Shown: in pieces, positions 51,642-58,941 of the stretch
How the letters are laid out: every line of letters begins with the position of its first letter
Position numbering within the stretch: position 1 is the stretch's first letter
NCBI GenBank assembly: GCA_902521725.1
Contig: CABYTF010000003.1
Location: forward strand, 81,709 to 145,708
Direction of reading: 5' to 3'
DNA length: 64,000 bases
Origin: an uncultured Gammaproteobacteria bacterium
GTDB taxonomy: Bacteria; Pseudomonadota; Gammaproteobacteria; GCA-002705445; GCA-002716945
Translations under genes and position numbers: made by a program
The notes under the pieces: model-generated
The model's input: only the letters and a program-made list of their open reading frames with translations
Database searches by the model: none
Told to the model about the DNA's origin: nothing

Positions 51642-52093
51642 TGAGTAATACTTTCCATAGTTTTATATTTACCATCTTCAGTTAAGCCTAGTGAGTCTTT
51701 TACCTCTGGTGGCATGTAGGTCTCATCATGTTTTGCTAGCACCTCCTCGGCGACAAAAAGGTTATTCTGAAGGTAACCTCTAATCACGACACCCTGACCC
51801 TCTCTAAAAAGATCTGGTAATATTCCATCATACTTAACTAAGACTTTGTTGTTAAAGTCTGTAACGTTAAAAGAAACTTTCTTTGTCCCTGATACTCTAA
51901 TAAGTGAGCCCTCCTCGACCATTCCTCCGATTCTAAATATATAATTATCCGGGAAGTTACCATTAACTAATTGAGTTGGGCTACGGTAATATAACAAGTT
52001 TTCATTAAATGTTTTAACGAATGCATACAAAACGAATCCTAAAATAACGAGTAAAAAGGAAACATAGTAAATTCTTGCGGATCTTTTCTTCAT
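51638..52093 (-). CDS. ccmE: Heme chaperone CcmE
   Basis: PDLFREGQG and LAKHDETY. Confidence 0.96.
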   Translation of the reverse strand: MKKRSARIYYVSFLLVILGFVLYAFVKTFNENLLYYRSPTQLVNGNFPDNYIFRIGGMVEEGSLIRVSGTKKVSFNVTDFNNKVLVKYDGILPDLFREGQGVVIRGYLQNNLFVAEEVLAKHDETYMPPEVKDSLGLTEDGKYKTMESITQ

Positions 52094-52100
52094 AAGCAGT

Positions 52101-52223
52101 CTATCTTTCAGAGATTTTTTTTCTAATTTCTCTACCTTTGTATATCAAAATAAGCACAACCAAAACCATTGGTACAATTACCAAGAAATATGCCCAAAAT
52201 ATGTAAGGTGCGTAATCAAACAT
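52101..52223 (-). CDS. ccmD: Heme exporter protein CcmD (40 aa, not in ORF track)
   Basis: Hand translation MFDYAPYIFWAYFLVIVPMVLVVLILIYKGREIRKKISER; Y..YIF.AY plus TM plus basic tail, directly upstream of ccmE. Confidence 0.8.
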   Translation of the reverse strand: MFDYAPYIFWAYFLVIVPMVLVVLILIYKGREIRKKISER

Positions 52224-52713
52224 TTGTAAAATATATCTTAAATTTAAGCCAATAAAAACAATAAGATTTTAACAGGAACTTGACTTATTTACTCAAGAAT
52301 TACGTCTTCAGAGTGAAGATTTATACATAATTTTAGATCTCTGCAAAACAGGATTTTATTGGGTTTTTAATGAATAACTATGAGATTAAGCTGAAGGAAG
52401 TCGAGTAATTAGCTTCGCCGCAGCTTGTCTAGTGTAAATTCTCTTGATTGGTTCTTGTGATTCTTATGATGTAGTATTTCATCCACAGAGTGTTCAGTAG
52501 CGTGGTGAGCGTTTAAATACAAACAAGTTATAAATAACCTCATATATCCAAAGTACTCTCAAAAAAAAGAAATTTCTACAGCTAAATTTAATTATTTTTA
52601 TTGACTTTTTATTGCGTATTTATCACATCAAAATAGCCAGAACTCTGAATCATATTTTTAAAAAATAAACAAGATTATAAAGAAATATTTAATGTATTAT
52701 AATATTTCATCTC

Positions 52714-52944
52714 GTGGATCTTAGTGGTATTAGTAACATTATCGAGAAACAGATGGATCAAATATCATTAATCACAATCTTTTCAATAACAATAGTCTAC
52801 TTCCTGCTAAGACCATATTATCTTAAAGATATTGTCAATTATGAGTACAAAACTATAGCAGATATTCTTGCTTTTCTATTTCTATCATGGGTTGTAAGTA
52901 CAGTGCTGGGATTAATTCTTGCTATGAACTTAGTTCCTATCTAA
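52714..52944 (+). CDS. Small 2-TM hypothetical protein
   Basis: ORF track; stop overlaps the next ATG (TAATG). Confidence 0.55.
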   Translation: MDLSGISNIIEKQMDQISLITIFSITIVYFLLRPYYLKDIVNYEYKTIADILAFLFLSWVVSTVLGLILAMNLVPI

Positions 52945-53120
52945 TGAAAATTAAAAAGCAAAAAAAGTGCTCACAATGTTCAAAGGAATTTTATAAACTT
53001 TTCCGATGCAGATACGGGAATACAGACTGGGTTTTTTTATGTCAGGATTGCCTATCCAAAGTTAAGCAAAAGTATGACAAATCATATCAATATGGGGGAA
53101 CCTGGAAATCAACTAATTGA
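52944..53120 (+). CDS. Small CxxC..CxxC zinc-ribbon-like protein with YGGTWK terminus
   Basis: MKIKKQKKCSQC..LFRC..WVFLCQDC..YQYGGTWK; start coupled to the upstream stop. Confidence 0.65.
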   Translation: MKIKKQKKCSQCSKEFYKLFRCRYGNTDWVFLCQDCLSKVKQKYDKSYQYGGTWKSTN

Positions 53121-53481
53121 TCTCAATTATTGAATTACATAAGTCTTTGTATTCTCTCTCTACTTTTAGATCTGAATACCTTTGACCTTTTTCTTGAGCT
53201 TCATATGACCAAGACTCCATGATACTTGTAATAGACAATATATAACTGGATGTTGATACTTCTGGATATCGAGTCATGAAAATTTCTTTTAGATTATTAA
53301 AGTATTTATTATGATAATTGTATTTTTCTTCTCCGAAATACTGGCTGTTGAGTTTTTCTTTGAAATGGTAAGCCGAACAAGTCAATAGATTACTTTTATC
53401 ATAAGTCTTATCTGCAAGAGATGTATGTGAAATCGCAATAAGCGAGAATATTGAGATTAGAGATAATAGGTTCTTAGTCAT
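53113..53481 (-). CDS. Hypothetical exported protein (two Cys)
   Basis: Signal peptide ending SLA; TATACT 6 nt upstream of ATG. Confidence 0.6.
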   Translation of the reverse strand: MTKNLLSLISIFSLIAISHTSLADKTYDKSNLLTCSAYHFKEKLNSQYFGEEKYNYHNKYFNNLKEIFMTRYPEVSTSSYILSITSIMESWSYEAQEKGQRYSDLKVEREYKDLCNSIIEIN

Positions 53482-53549
53482 GAATTGAGTATATGTTGAT
53501 GAACTATAATTACAAATATATTTTTATTTAATGAGACTAATTTTCAAAT

Positions 53550-53580
53550 GATATTATGCCGAGTAACCCGACATAATATC
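53550..53580 (-). terminator. Stem-loop just downstream of the TonB receptor stop
   Basis: Minus-strand GAUAUUAUGUCGGG-UUA-CUCGGCAUAAUAUC (14 bp incl. G-U pairs); weak U-tail. Confidence 0.6.
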
Positions 53581-53590
53581 TTTGTGCCCT

Positions 53591-55561
53591 CTAGAATTTG
53601 TAATCAAGCGATACGTCAAATCCGAAGCTTGATGCTGGTAGTGGGACATGTGCTTTTACAAATGAAGCATGGTTTCTTCTAGTCGTATCTAATAAATTGT
53701 TACCAAATAGATTCACGTTGAGATCATAGTTGTTACTAATGGCAATCTTATTTGAGTATTTCATTGCAAGATCAACATAGGAATTTGTTTCTGTCTCAAT
53801 AGATGAAAAATCTTTTTGACTCTCTGAGAAAATTAAACTTATTACATATGTCTCATTTTTATGACCCAGTATAGCTAGATCTAAAACATTTTTAGCGCTA
53901 GGTATTCTTGGTACATATGTATCGTTTTCAAATGTTGCAGATATATCATCCCTACTTAGGGTAAGAAATAAATCAGTATCACCTAGAGTAAATGGTTTCA
54001 TGTATGAAATTTCATAGCCTTGAAATACAGCATCTTTTTGAGACCAATTAGCATCTTGATGTGTGCCATCATAAGTCTTGGTACCTAAATCTCTCAAGTA
54101 AATAAAGTCTTTAACATCATTGTGATAGAGAGAAAAATCTAAAATGGAATCTCCGCTTGTAAACTGAAGTCCTAGATCAATATTTTTTGAGACTTCTCTA
54201 TCAAGTGAACTATCCCCCTTCTCATATCTGTTTGTCGGTCCATGTTTCCCATCTGCAAATAATTCAGCCATATTGGGGCTTCTTGATACATGTGATAGAC
54301 CCAGATTATATGACAGATTATCTGTAATTTGCTGACTGGTGTTTGTAGATATGCTAATTGCTGAGTCTTCATAATTTTTCGTCGAAGTTAGTCTCTCATT
54401 AAAATCATATCTAAGCGCATAATTAAAATCTAAACCATACATCTTTGACTGAGAGTAATATGCAATTGATCGATCAAAGCTCTCTGACTTTGGAACATAT
54501 GCATTGCTTGAAAATGGGGATTTGGCATGCTCATAACTTAGCAGTAATCTTTTTTCAATATCATTGGAATCAAGATTAAACTTAAAATTATATGCTGTAG
54601 AGTTATTATTCATAACTTTGAAGGTCCCGTTTTCTTCATGCTCTTTAATGTGTGCATTCGTATTGCTGATAGAAAAGTCAAGAGAATGTGCAAATGCAAG
54701 GTTGTCCAATCTTCCGATAAAATTATATGTATCTGACTTATGTGCTGAATAAATCCTATGCTCGCCCTCTTCCTCTTCTTCCTCTTCTTCCTCAGCGTGA
54801 TAGGCTATACCATAAGTACCTTTATTATTCACAAAAGAGAAACTTAAGTAACCCCAATCCTTGATCAATGATAATCCAATAGTTGAACTTTTATCAGCGT
54901 AGTCAGAATTATTTAAGGTATGGACTTCACTACCCTCTTCATAGAGCGATCCCTCTGATAGATCATACTTAAAATAATCTCTCTTATCTTGTGAGAAGTA
55001 AAATGCAATGTCACTGATATTTTTCTTAAGAAGGAAATTATTTGAATAACCTTCGCTGACAGTATCGTAAGATCTACCTAAACTTATTATTTCATCAGTG
55101 TACAACTTATCTGTAGATGAGCCTGTGATTACGTTAACTATACCACCGGTGGTTCCACTGTGATTGAATAATGACGATGGACCTTTGATGATCTCTATGT
55201 GCGATGCATGATTTAGATTTAACATAACCGGATGATCCGCACTGAAAAAACTCAAATCGCTGACATAGTTATTGTTTGAAAGCACTCTCACTCTACTGCC
55301 TCCTAAACCTCTAATGACCGGTTGACCGACAGAAGTACCGTAATCAGAATTAGACACTCCTGGGATACGCCTTAAGTTGGTACCGATAGATTTAGACGGA
55401 TCTAAGTCTTTACCTTCTATTAAAGATGCGGGATATTTATTTTCTGTAATTGAATTAGATAAAATTGATGACTCAACTTTAATAGACGTGAGATCCTCAG
55501 AATGTACATATGGTGTTACAAATAATGCCGCTACTAATGGCATTAACCTAAAAGTTTTCAT
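53591..55561 (-). CDS. TonB-dependent receptor, ZnuD-like (probable metal uptake)
   Basis: Signal peptide, plug PVIRGLGGSRV..SADHP, IEIIKGP, ELFADGKH, RNHASFVK..P, C-terminal F. Confidence 0.85.
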   Translation of the reverse strand: MKTFRLMPLVAALFVTPYVHSEDLTSIKVESSILSNSITENKYPASLIEGKDLDPSKSIGTNLRRIPGVSNSDYGTSVGQPVIRGLGGSRVRVLSNNNYVSDLSFFSADHPVMLNLNHASHIEIIKGPSSLFNHSGTTGGIVNVITGSSTDKLYTDEIISLGRSYDTVSEGYSNNFLLKKNISDIAFYFSQDKRDYFKYDLSEGSLYEEGSEVHTLNNSDYADKSSTIGLSLIKDWGYLSFSFVNNKGTYGIAYHAEEEEEEEEEGEHRIYSAHKSDTYNFIGRLDNLAFAHSLDFSISNTNAHIKEHEENGTFKVMNNNSTAYNFKFNLDSNDIEKRLLLSYEHAKSPFSSNAYVPKSESFDRSIAYYSQSKMYGLDFNYALRYDFNERLTSTKNYEDSAISISTNTSQQITDNLSYNLGLSHVSRSPNMAELFADGKHGPTNRYEKGDSSLDREVSKNIDLGLQFTSGDSILDFSLYHNDVKDFIYLRDLGTKTYDGTHQDANWSQKDAVFQGYEISYMKPFTLGDTDLFLTLSRDDISATFENDTYVPRIPSAKNVLDLAILGHKNETYVISLIFSESQKDFSSIETETNSYVDLAMKYSNKIAISNNYDLNVNLFGNNLLDTTRRNHASFVKAHVPLPASSFGFDVSLDYKF

Positions 55562-55567
55562 TTATTA

Positions 55568-55606
55568 CTCCTTAATTAATTAAAAAAAATTTTAATTAAT
55601 CAGAAG
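55568..55606 (-). promoter_or_regulatory. Hairpin sequestering the receptor Shine-Dalgarno (putative translational attenuator)
   Basis: mRNA CUUCUGAUUAAUUAAAA-UUUU-UUUUAAUUAAUUAAGGAG: 17 bp with one bulge; the 3' arm contains AAGGAG, 6 nt before the receptor AUG. Confidence 0.6.
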
Positions 55607-55822
55607 TGGTGGAGCTCGAGTAAAGAAGTATTCTTGAGAGCATTGCTCATGTAAACTCTCTATTTTTTTAGAGAGGGTTTCCTCAAGACAGTGATGTTCT
55701 TTAATGAAATAAACTGAATGGACTTTACCGCATTGGCGACAAACTGAACTGTGTATATGATCATTATCATGGCACTGCTCAGTATGGGTATGTTCGTTTA
55801 CATGATCATGATTATCGCACAT
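55592..55822 (-). CDS. His/Cys-rich leader peptide ending in the RAPP arrest motif
   Basis: MCDNHDHVNEHTHTEQCHDNDHIHSSVCRQCGKVH..HHC..HEQC..FFTRAPPLLIN; TATCAT-N6-ATG at 55822 (ORF track uses TTG 55837). Confidence 0.72.
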   Translation of the reverse strand: MCDNHDHVNEHTHTEQCHDNDHIHSSVCRQCGKVHSVYFIKEHHCLEETLSKKIESLHEQCSQEYFFTRAPPLLIN

Positions 55823-55843
55823 GAGATTATGATACAATAAACC

Positions 55844-55966
55844 ATGTCAAAAAGAACTAAATCATTGATCTTAATTATATTTAGTTTGACCGCGTTCTAT
55901 GTTTATCAATATGTCATTGGTATTCTTATTTTATTGCTTGCTATACATACCATAATGAATGATTGA
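55844..55966 (+). CDS. 40-aa membrane micro-protein (not in ORF track)
   Basis: MSKRTKSLILIIFSLTAFYVYQYVIGILILLLAIHTIMND; TACAAT 5 nt upstream. Confidence 0.45.
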   Translation: MSKRTKSLILIIFSLTAFYVYQYVIGILILLLAIHTIMND

Positions 55967-55976
55967 ATATGCTTGA

Positions 55977-56090
55977 TCATTTGATGTTGATGAGAATTAG
56001 GACTGCTAAACCCACAAAAGAGACTCCAATAAGAAGAAGCTTAAAAATCTCCATTAAAATTACTTTCTTTGTTTTGTCTTTTTCAGCCAT
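55977..56090 (-). CDS. 37-aa single-TM micro-protein (not in ORF track)
   Basis: MAEKDKTKKVILMEIFKLLLIGVSFVGLAVLILINIK. Confidence 0.45.
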   Translation of the reverse strand: MAEKDKTKKVILMEIFKLLLIGVSFVGLAVLILINIK

Positions 56091-56109
56091 AAATATAAGG
56101 TGATTCTCG

Positions 56110-56301
56110 CTAGCCGTAAATAAAAAACCAAATTATTATCAAGACTAATGGAAAAACAACGCTGCCAAATGGATTTGCTTTTAGCATCTCTAGTGACATT
56201 CTTGGATTTGTAAACCAGGCATTTAGAAACTTATATAAATCGGTGGACACAAGCAAGACAATTGCAGCAATTAAAAGATAAAAAAGGATATCATACAACA
56301 T
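56110..56301 (-). CDS. Small 2-TM hypothetical protein
   Basis: ORF track; TATAAT just upstream. Confidence 0.55.
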   Translation of the reverse strand: MLYDILFYLLIAAIVLLVSTDLYKFLNAWFTNPRMSLEMLKANPFGSVVFPLVLIIIWFFIYG

Positions 56302-56355
56302 ACATTGGGGATTATAAGATGCTATCCATAATCATACAAATCAAATGATCCTATT

Positions 56356-56724
56356 TTAGAACTTATACTTTGTGTTTATCTTTAGCTGATTGTTATCTTT
56401 AGCTGATGAGTTTAGCTTACTTTCAAACTGAACCTCAAGATCAAGAGAATCAAAATACTTAGTCTCAAATCCAACTTTATAATAATCATAGTCTGATCCA
56501 GATCCAATGGATTGCCCTTCGGTTATGTCCTCTCCAAAACCTATTTCACCAAAAACTTGATAGCCATCGAGCGTAATATTTCTACCAATAACTACTCTTT
56601 GCTCTGTCTGTTCATAAGCTCCATTTTTAAATTTCAGCTCATGCTCTGAGGCAATATAATTATAATCTGAAGCATAAATATCATATGCAAAAGTAGCTAA
56701 ACCAATTAACAACAATTTTTTCAT
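56356..56724 (-). CDS. Small outer-membrane beta-strand protein
   Basis: Signal peptide, alternating beta pattern, C-terminal KYKF BAM-type signal; SD GGGGA. Confidence 0.6.
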   Translation of the reverse strand: MKKLLLIGLATFAYDIYASDYNYIASEHELKFKNGAYEQTEQRVVIGRNITLDGYQVFGEIGFGEDITEGQSIGSGSDYDYYKVGFETKYFDSLDLEVQFESKLNSSAKDNNQLKINTKYKF

Positions 56725-56780
56725 GTCTTCCCCCTAGTTTGGGAAAAGATTAACACATATCGCTAATTTATTAACAGTTA

Positions 56781-56825
56781 TTGACAATAATTCAATAAAA
56801 GCTAATATACCCCATATGGGTATAT
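56781..56825 (+). promoter_or_regulatory. Sigma70 promoter plus CsoR/RcnR-type operator
   Basis: TTGACA(56781)-N16-TAATAT(56803); perfect inverted repeat ATATACCC-CATAT-GGGTATAT (56805-56825) over the -10 and the ATG; CsoR-family gene in the operon. Confidence 0.75.
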
Positions 56826-57421
56826 ATAAATTCATTGGATTATTTGTTGCGCTTATGTCAGCGTCAATAGTTGAGGCCCGTCCAATATCATGGACTGGAG
56901 GTTCAACGATAATGTATAAATCCAACTCAATGATGTCATCGTACTACTATCATTATTCGCCGAGTTTTAAATATTCAGTGGGCGCTGAATATATAAATGA
57001 TAGATATTATAATGATCAATACATTAGTATACGATCTACCTATCTGTTAGACAGGAAAAATACTAAAGCATCTCAGAGAAATTTATATCTAACTGCATCA
57101 ATATCTACAAAAAATAACGATGATTTGTACTATGGCGTCCATGGTGATTGGGAGACACGGAGGTACTTTACTTCTTTTTCAATACTTGATAAACGTGCTA
57201 GTCAAGAGGATTATACTGAAAATGAATTCCAAATAGGTATAGCGCCATACCTTGGAGAATATAATCAGCTTCATACATGGATCATGCTCAAATCAAAAAA
57301 AGATACTAGAGAAGATAAATGGAAAACTTATCCTTTTATCAAGCTATTTAAAGGGGATTTTTTATTAGAAGTTGGAAGTAAAGAGTCGCATTGGGATTTA
57401 CATTTCATGAAAAGGTTTTAA
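56816..57421 (+). CDS. Exported, aromatic-rich probable outer-membrane beta-barrel protein of the metal operon
   Basis: Signal peptide (VEA/RP), HYSPS, GDWETRRYF, APY.GEY..LHTW, C-terminal F. Confidence 0.65.
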   Translation: MGIYKFIGLFVALMSASIVEARPISWTGGSTIMYKSNSMMSSYYYHYSPSFKYSVGAEYINDRYYNDQYISIRSTYLLDRKNTKASQRNLYLTASISTKNNDDLYYGVHGDWETRRYFTSFSILDKRASQEDYTENEFQIGIAPYLGEYNQLHTWIMLKSKKDTREDKWKTYPFIKLFKGDFLLEVGSKESHWDLHFMKRF

Positions 57422-57438
57422 ATTTATAGGGAGAAAAT

Positions 57439-57849
57439 ATGTATAAAATAATAATATTAACAACATTATTCATTTCTAATAACTTATATGCAATGGATAA
57501 TATGCATGATCATGATTCAAAACAACATGATCATAATTCACATGTTGCAGTAGATGGTTCAAAAACAAAATTAGACGACGCAATGTATAATAAATTCGTC
57601 TCTGACCTTGGTAGTTCTCAAGTAGTTATCGTTGATGTTAATGGAATGGTATGTGACTTTTGTGCCAGAGGAATTGAAAAAACATTTTACGACGATGCTT
57701 TAGTAAAAAGAGTACTAGTAAGTCTTGAGACTGGAAAAGTGCTTATTGCCTATGATAATGCTAAAAAAGTAGACTTTGGAGAAATTAAGAATATATTTTT
57801 ATCTAATGGACAGTCAGCTACTGGTATGACATTGAAGAAAATTACATGA
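57439..57849 (+). CDS. Periplasmic heavy-metal-associated (HMA) domain protein with His-rich N-terminus
   Basis: Signal peptide, MHDHDSKQHDHNSH, VNGMVCDFCA. Confidence 0.85.
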   Translation: MYKIIILTTLFISNNLYAMDNMHDHDSKQHDHNSHVAVDGSKTKLDDAMYNKFVSDLGSSQVVIVDVNGMVCDFCARGIEKTFYDDALVKRVLVSLETGKVLIAYDNAKKVDFGEIKNIFLSNGQSATGMTLKKIT

Positions 57850-58223
57850 CCAATAAACAAGAATCGTCAAAGCTAGGTTTGTTGACGCTTTTAGCTTCAA
57901 CGTCAACATTAATATGTTGTGCTTTACCTGCACTGTTTGTAGCCCTCGGTGCAGGCGCTACTTTTGCATCAATGGTTAATGCTTTTCCGCAGCTTGTTGT
58001 AATTTCACACTATAAAATATATATATCGGTTATAACGTTAATAATTCTTGTTATTGCTGGTCTTTTAATTGAAAAATCTAAAAATGATCCATGTCCAGTA
58101 GATCCAGATTTAAGAGACATTTGCTTGAGAACCAGAAAAAGGACTTCTAGTATCTATTACGTATCTGTTGGTATATTCATATTCGCTAGCTTCTTCACTT
58201 ACGTTCTACCGGAGTATCTATAA
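57846..58223 (+). CDS. MerT/MerF-like metal transport membrane protein
   Basis: TLICCALPAL in TM1, CP......C loop, 3 TM. Confidence 0.7.
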   Translation: MTNKQESSKLGLLTLLASTSTLICCALPALFVALGAGATFASMVNAFPQLVVISHYKIYISVITLIILVIAGLLIEKSKNDPCPVDPDLRDICLRTRKRTSSIYYVSVGIFIFASFFTYVLPEYL

Positions 58224-58225
58224 CT

Positions 58226-58489
58226 ATGAAAGATCATCCATCGCATCAATCTCAGTTGTCTGCTCTTAAAAGAGTCGAAGGTCAAATTAGAGGTGTAATC
58301 AAAATGATTGATGAGGGTAAATATTGTATAGATGTCATAAACCAGATCAAAGCTGCAAAAGCTGCTTTAGTAAGAATTGAGTCAAATGTTCTAAAAAAAC
58401 ACGTTGAATCTTGTGTAGTAGAGTCATTTAAAAATAAGAAAGCTCTTGATAATAAAGTCGAAGAGCTATTAAAGTTGATCAATAAATGA
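58226..58489 (+). CDS. CsoR/RcnR-family metal-sensing repressor
   Basis: LKRVEGQIRGV..M....YCID...Q..A..AAL......HVESC. Confidence 0.92.
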   Translation: MKDHPSHQSQLSALKRVEGQIRGVIKMIDEGKYCIDVINQIKAAKAALVRIESNVLKKHVESCVVESFKNKKALDNKVEELLKLINK

Positions 58490-58632
58490 ATGACTGTAAA
58501 GATAAAAATGTCGAAGCTATCGATATAAAGAAAAAAGAGAGAGAAAAAGCTGAAAAAATAGTCAGGGACTATCTCAAGCCATCTTGTGATGAGGAAATTT
58601 CTGAGGAAGAGTATCCTATTGTAAAAGATTAG
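58486..58632 (+). CDS. 48-aa charged hypothetical protein (not in ORF track)
   Basis: ATGA overlap with the CsoR-like stop; MNDCKDKNVEAIDIKKKEREKAEKIVRDYLKPSCDEEISEEEYPIVKD. Confidence 0.5.
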   Translation: MNDCKDKNVEAIDIKKKEREKAEKIVRDYLKPSCDEEISEEEYPIVKD

Positions 58633-58636
58633 TATA

Positions 58637-58738
58637 ATGTCTGATTTAGGAAAATTATTTAAAGGCTTAGTAATAGCAGTTATTGTTTTGACAATATTTG
58701 CTTATCTTGGAGTGTATATTATTTCGCTTGTTATTTAA
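58637..58738 (+). CDS. 33-aa single-TM micro-protein (not in ORF track)
   Basis: MSDLGKLFKGLVIAVIVLTIFAYLGVYIISLVI, 4 nt after the previous stop. Confidence 0.45.
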   Translation: MSDLGKLFKGLVIAVIVLTIFAYLGVYIISLVI

Positions 58739-58764
58739 TGAGTTAACTTTGATGGAAATAAAAT

Positions 58765-58926
58765 ATGAGTAAATGGGAATATAAAACTTTCACATCAACA
58801 GGAGGGCTTAGGATCGCAGTTGAAGAAAGTTCGAGTCTTGGTGAAGACGGTTGGGAGTTAGTAACAATAAATTACTGTAATGATTATCGTGAGTGGGTAT
58901 TTACTTACAAAAGACCTCAAGAATAA
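58765..58926 (+). CDS. DUF4177-like protein (53 aa, not in ORF track)
   Basis: MSKWEYK...LGEDGWELV...FTYKRP matches the WEYK/GWELV/KRP pattern. Confidence 0.75.
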   Translation: MSKWEYKTFTSTGGLRIAVEESSSLGEDGWELVTINYCNDYREWVFTYKRPQE

Positions 58927-58941
58927 TATTGAGACAAGTAG

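Noticed and set aside
52240..52430. 6S RNA, tmRNA or riboswitch in the large gap
   Set aside because: No recognisable conserved motifs; only short imperfect stems.
55838..55870. In-frame TGA upstream of the RAPP uORF as selenocysteine, or a frameshifted signal peptide
   Set aside because: A second in-frame TGA follows at 55864-55862, other frames close quickly, and a -10 box sits 6 nt before ATG 55822.
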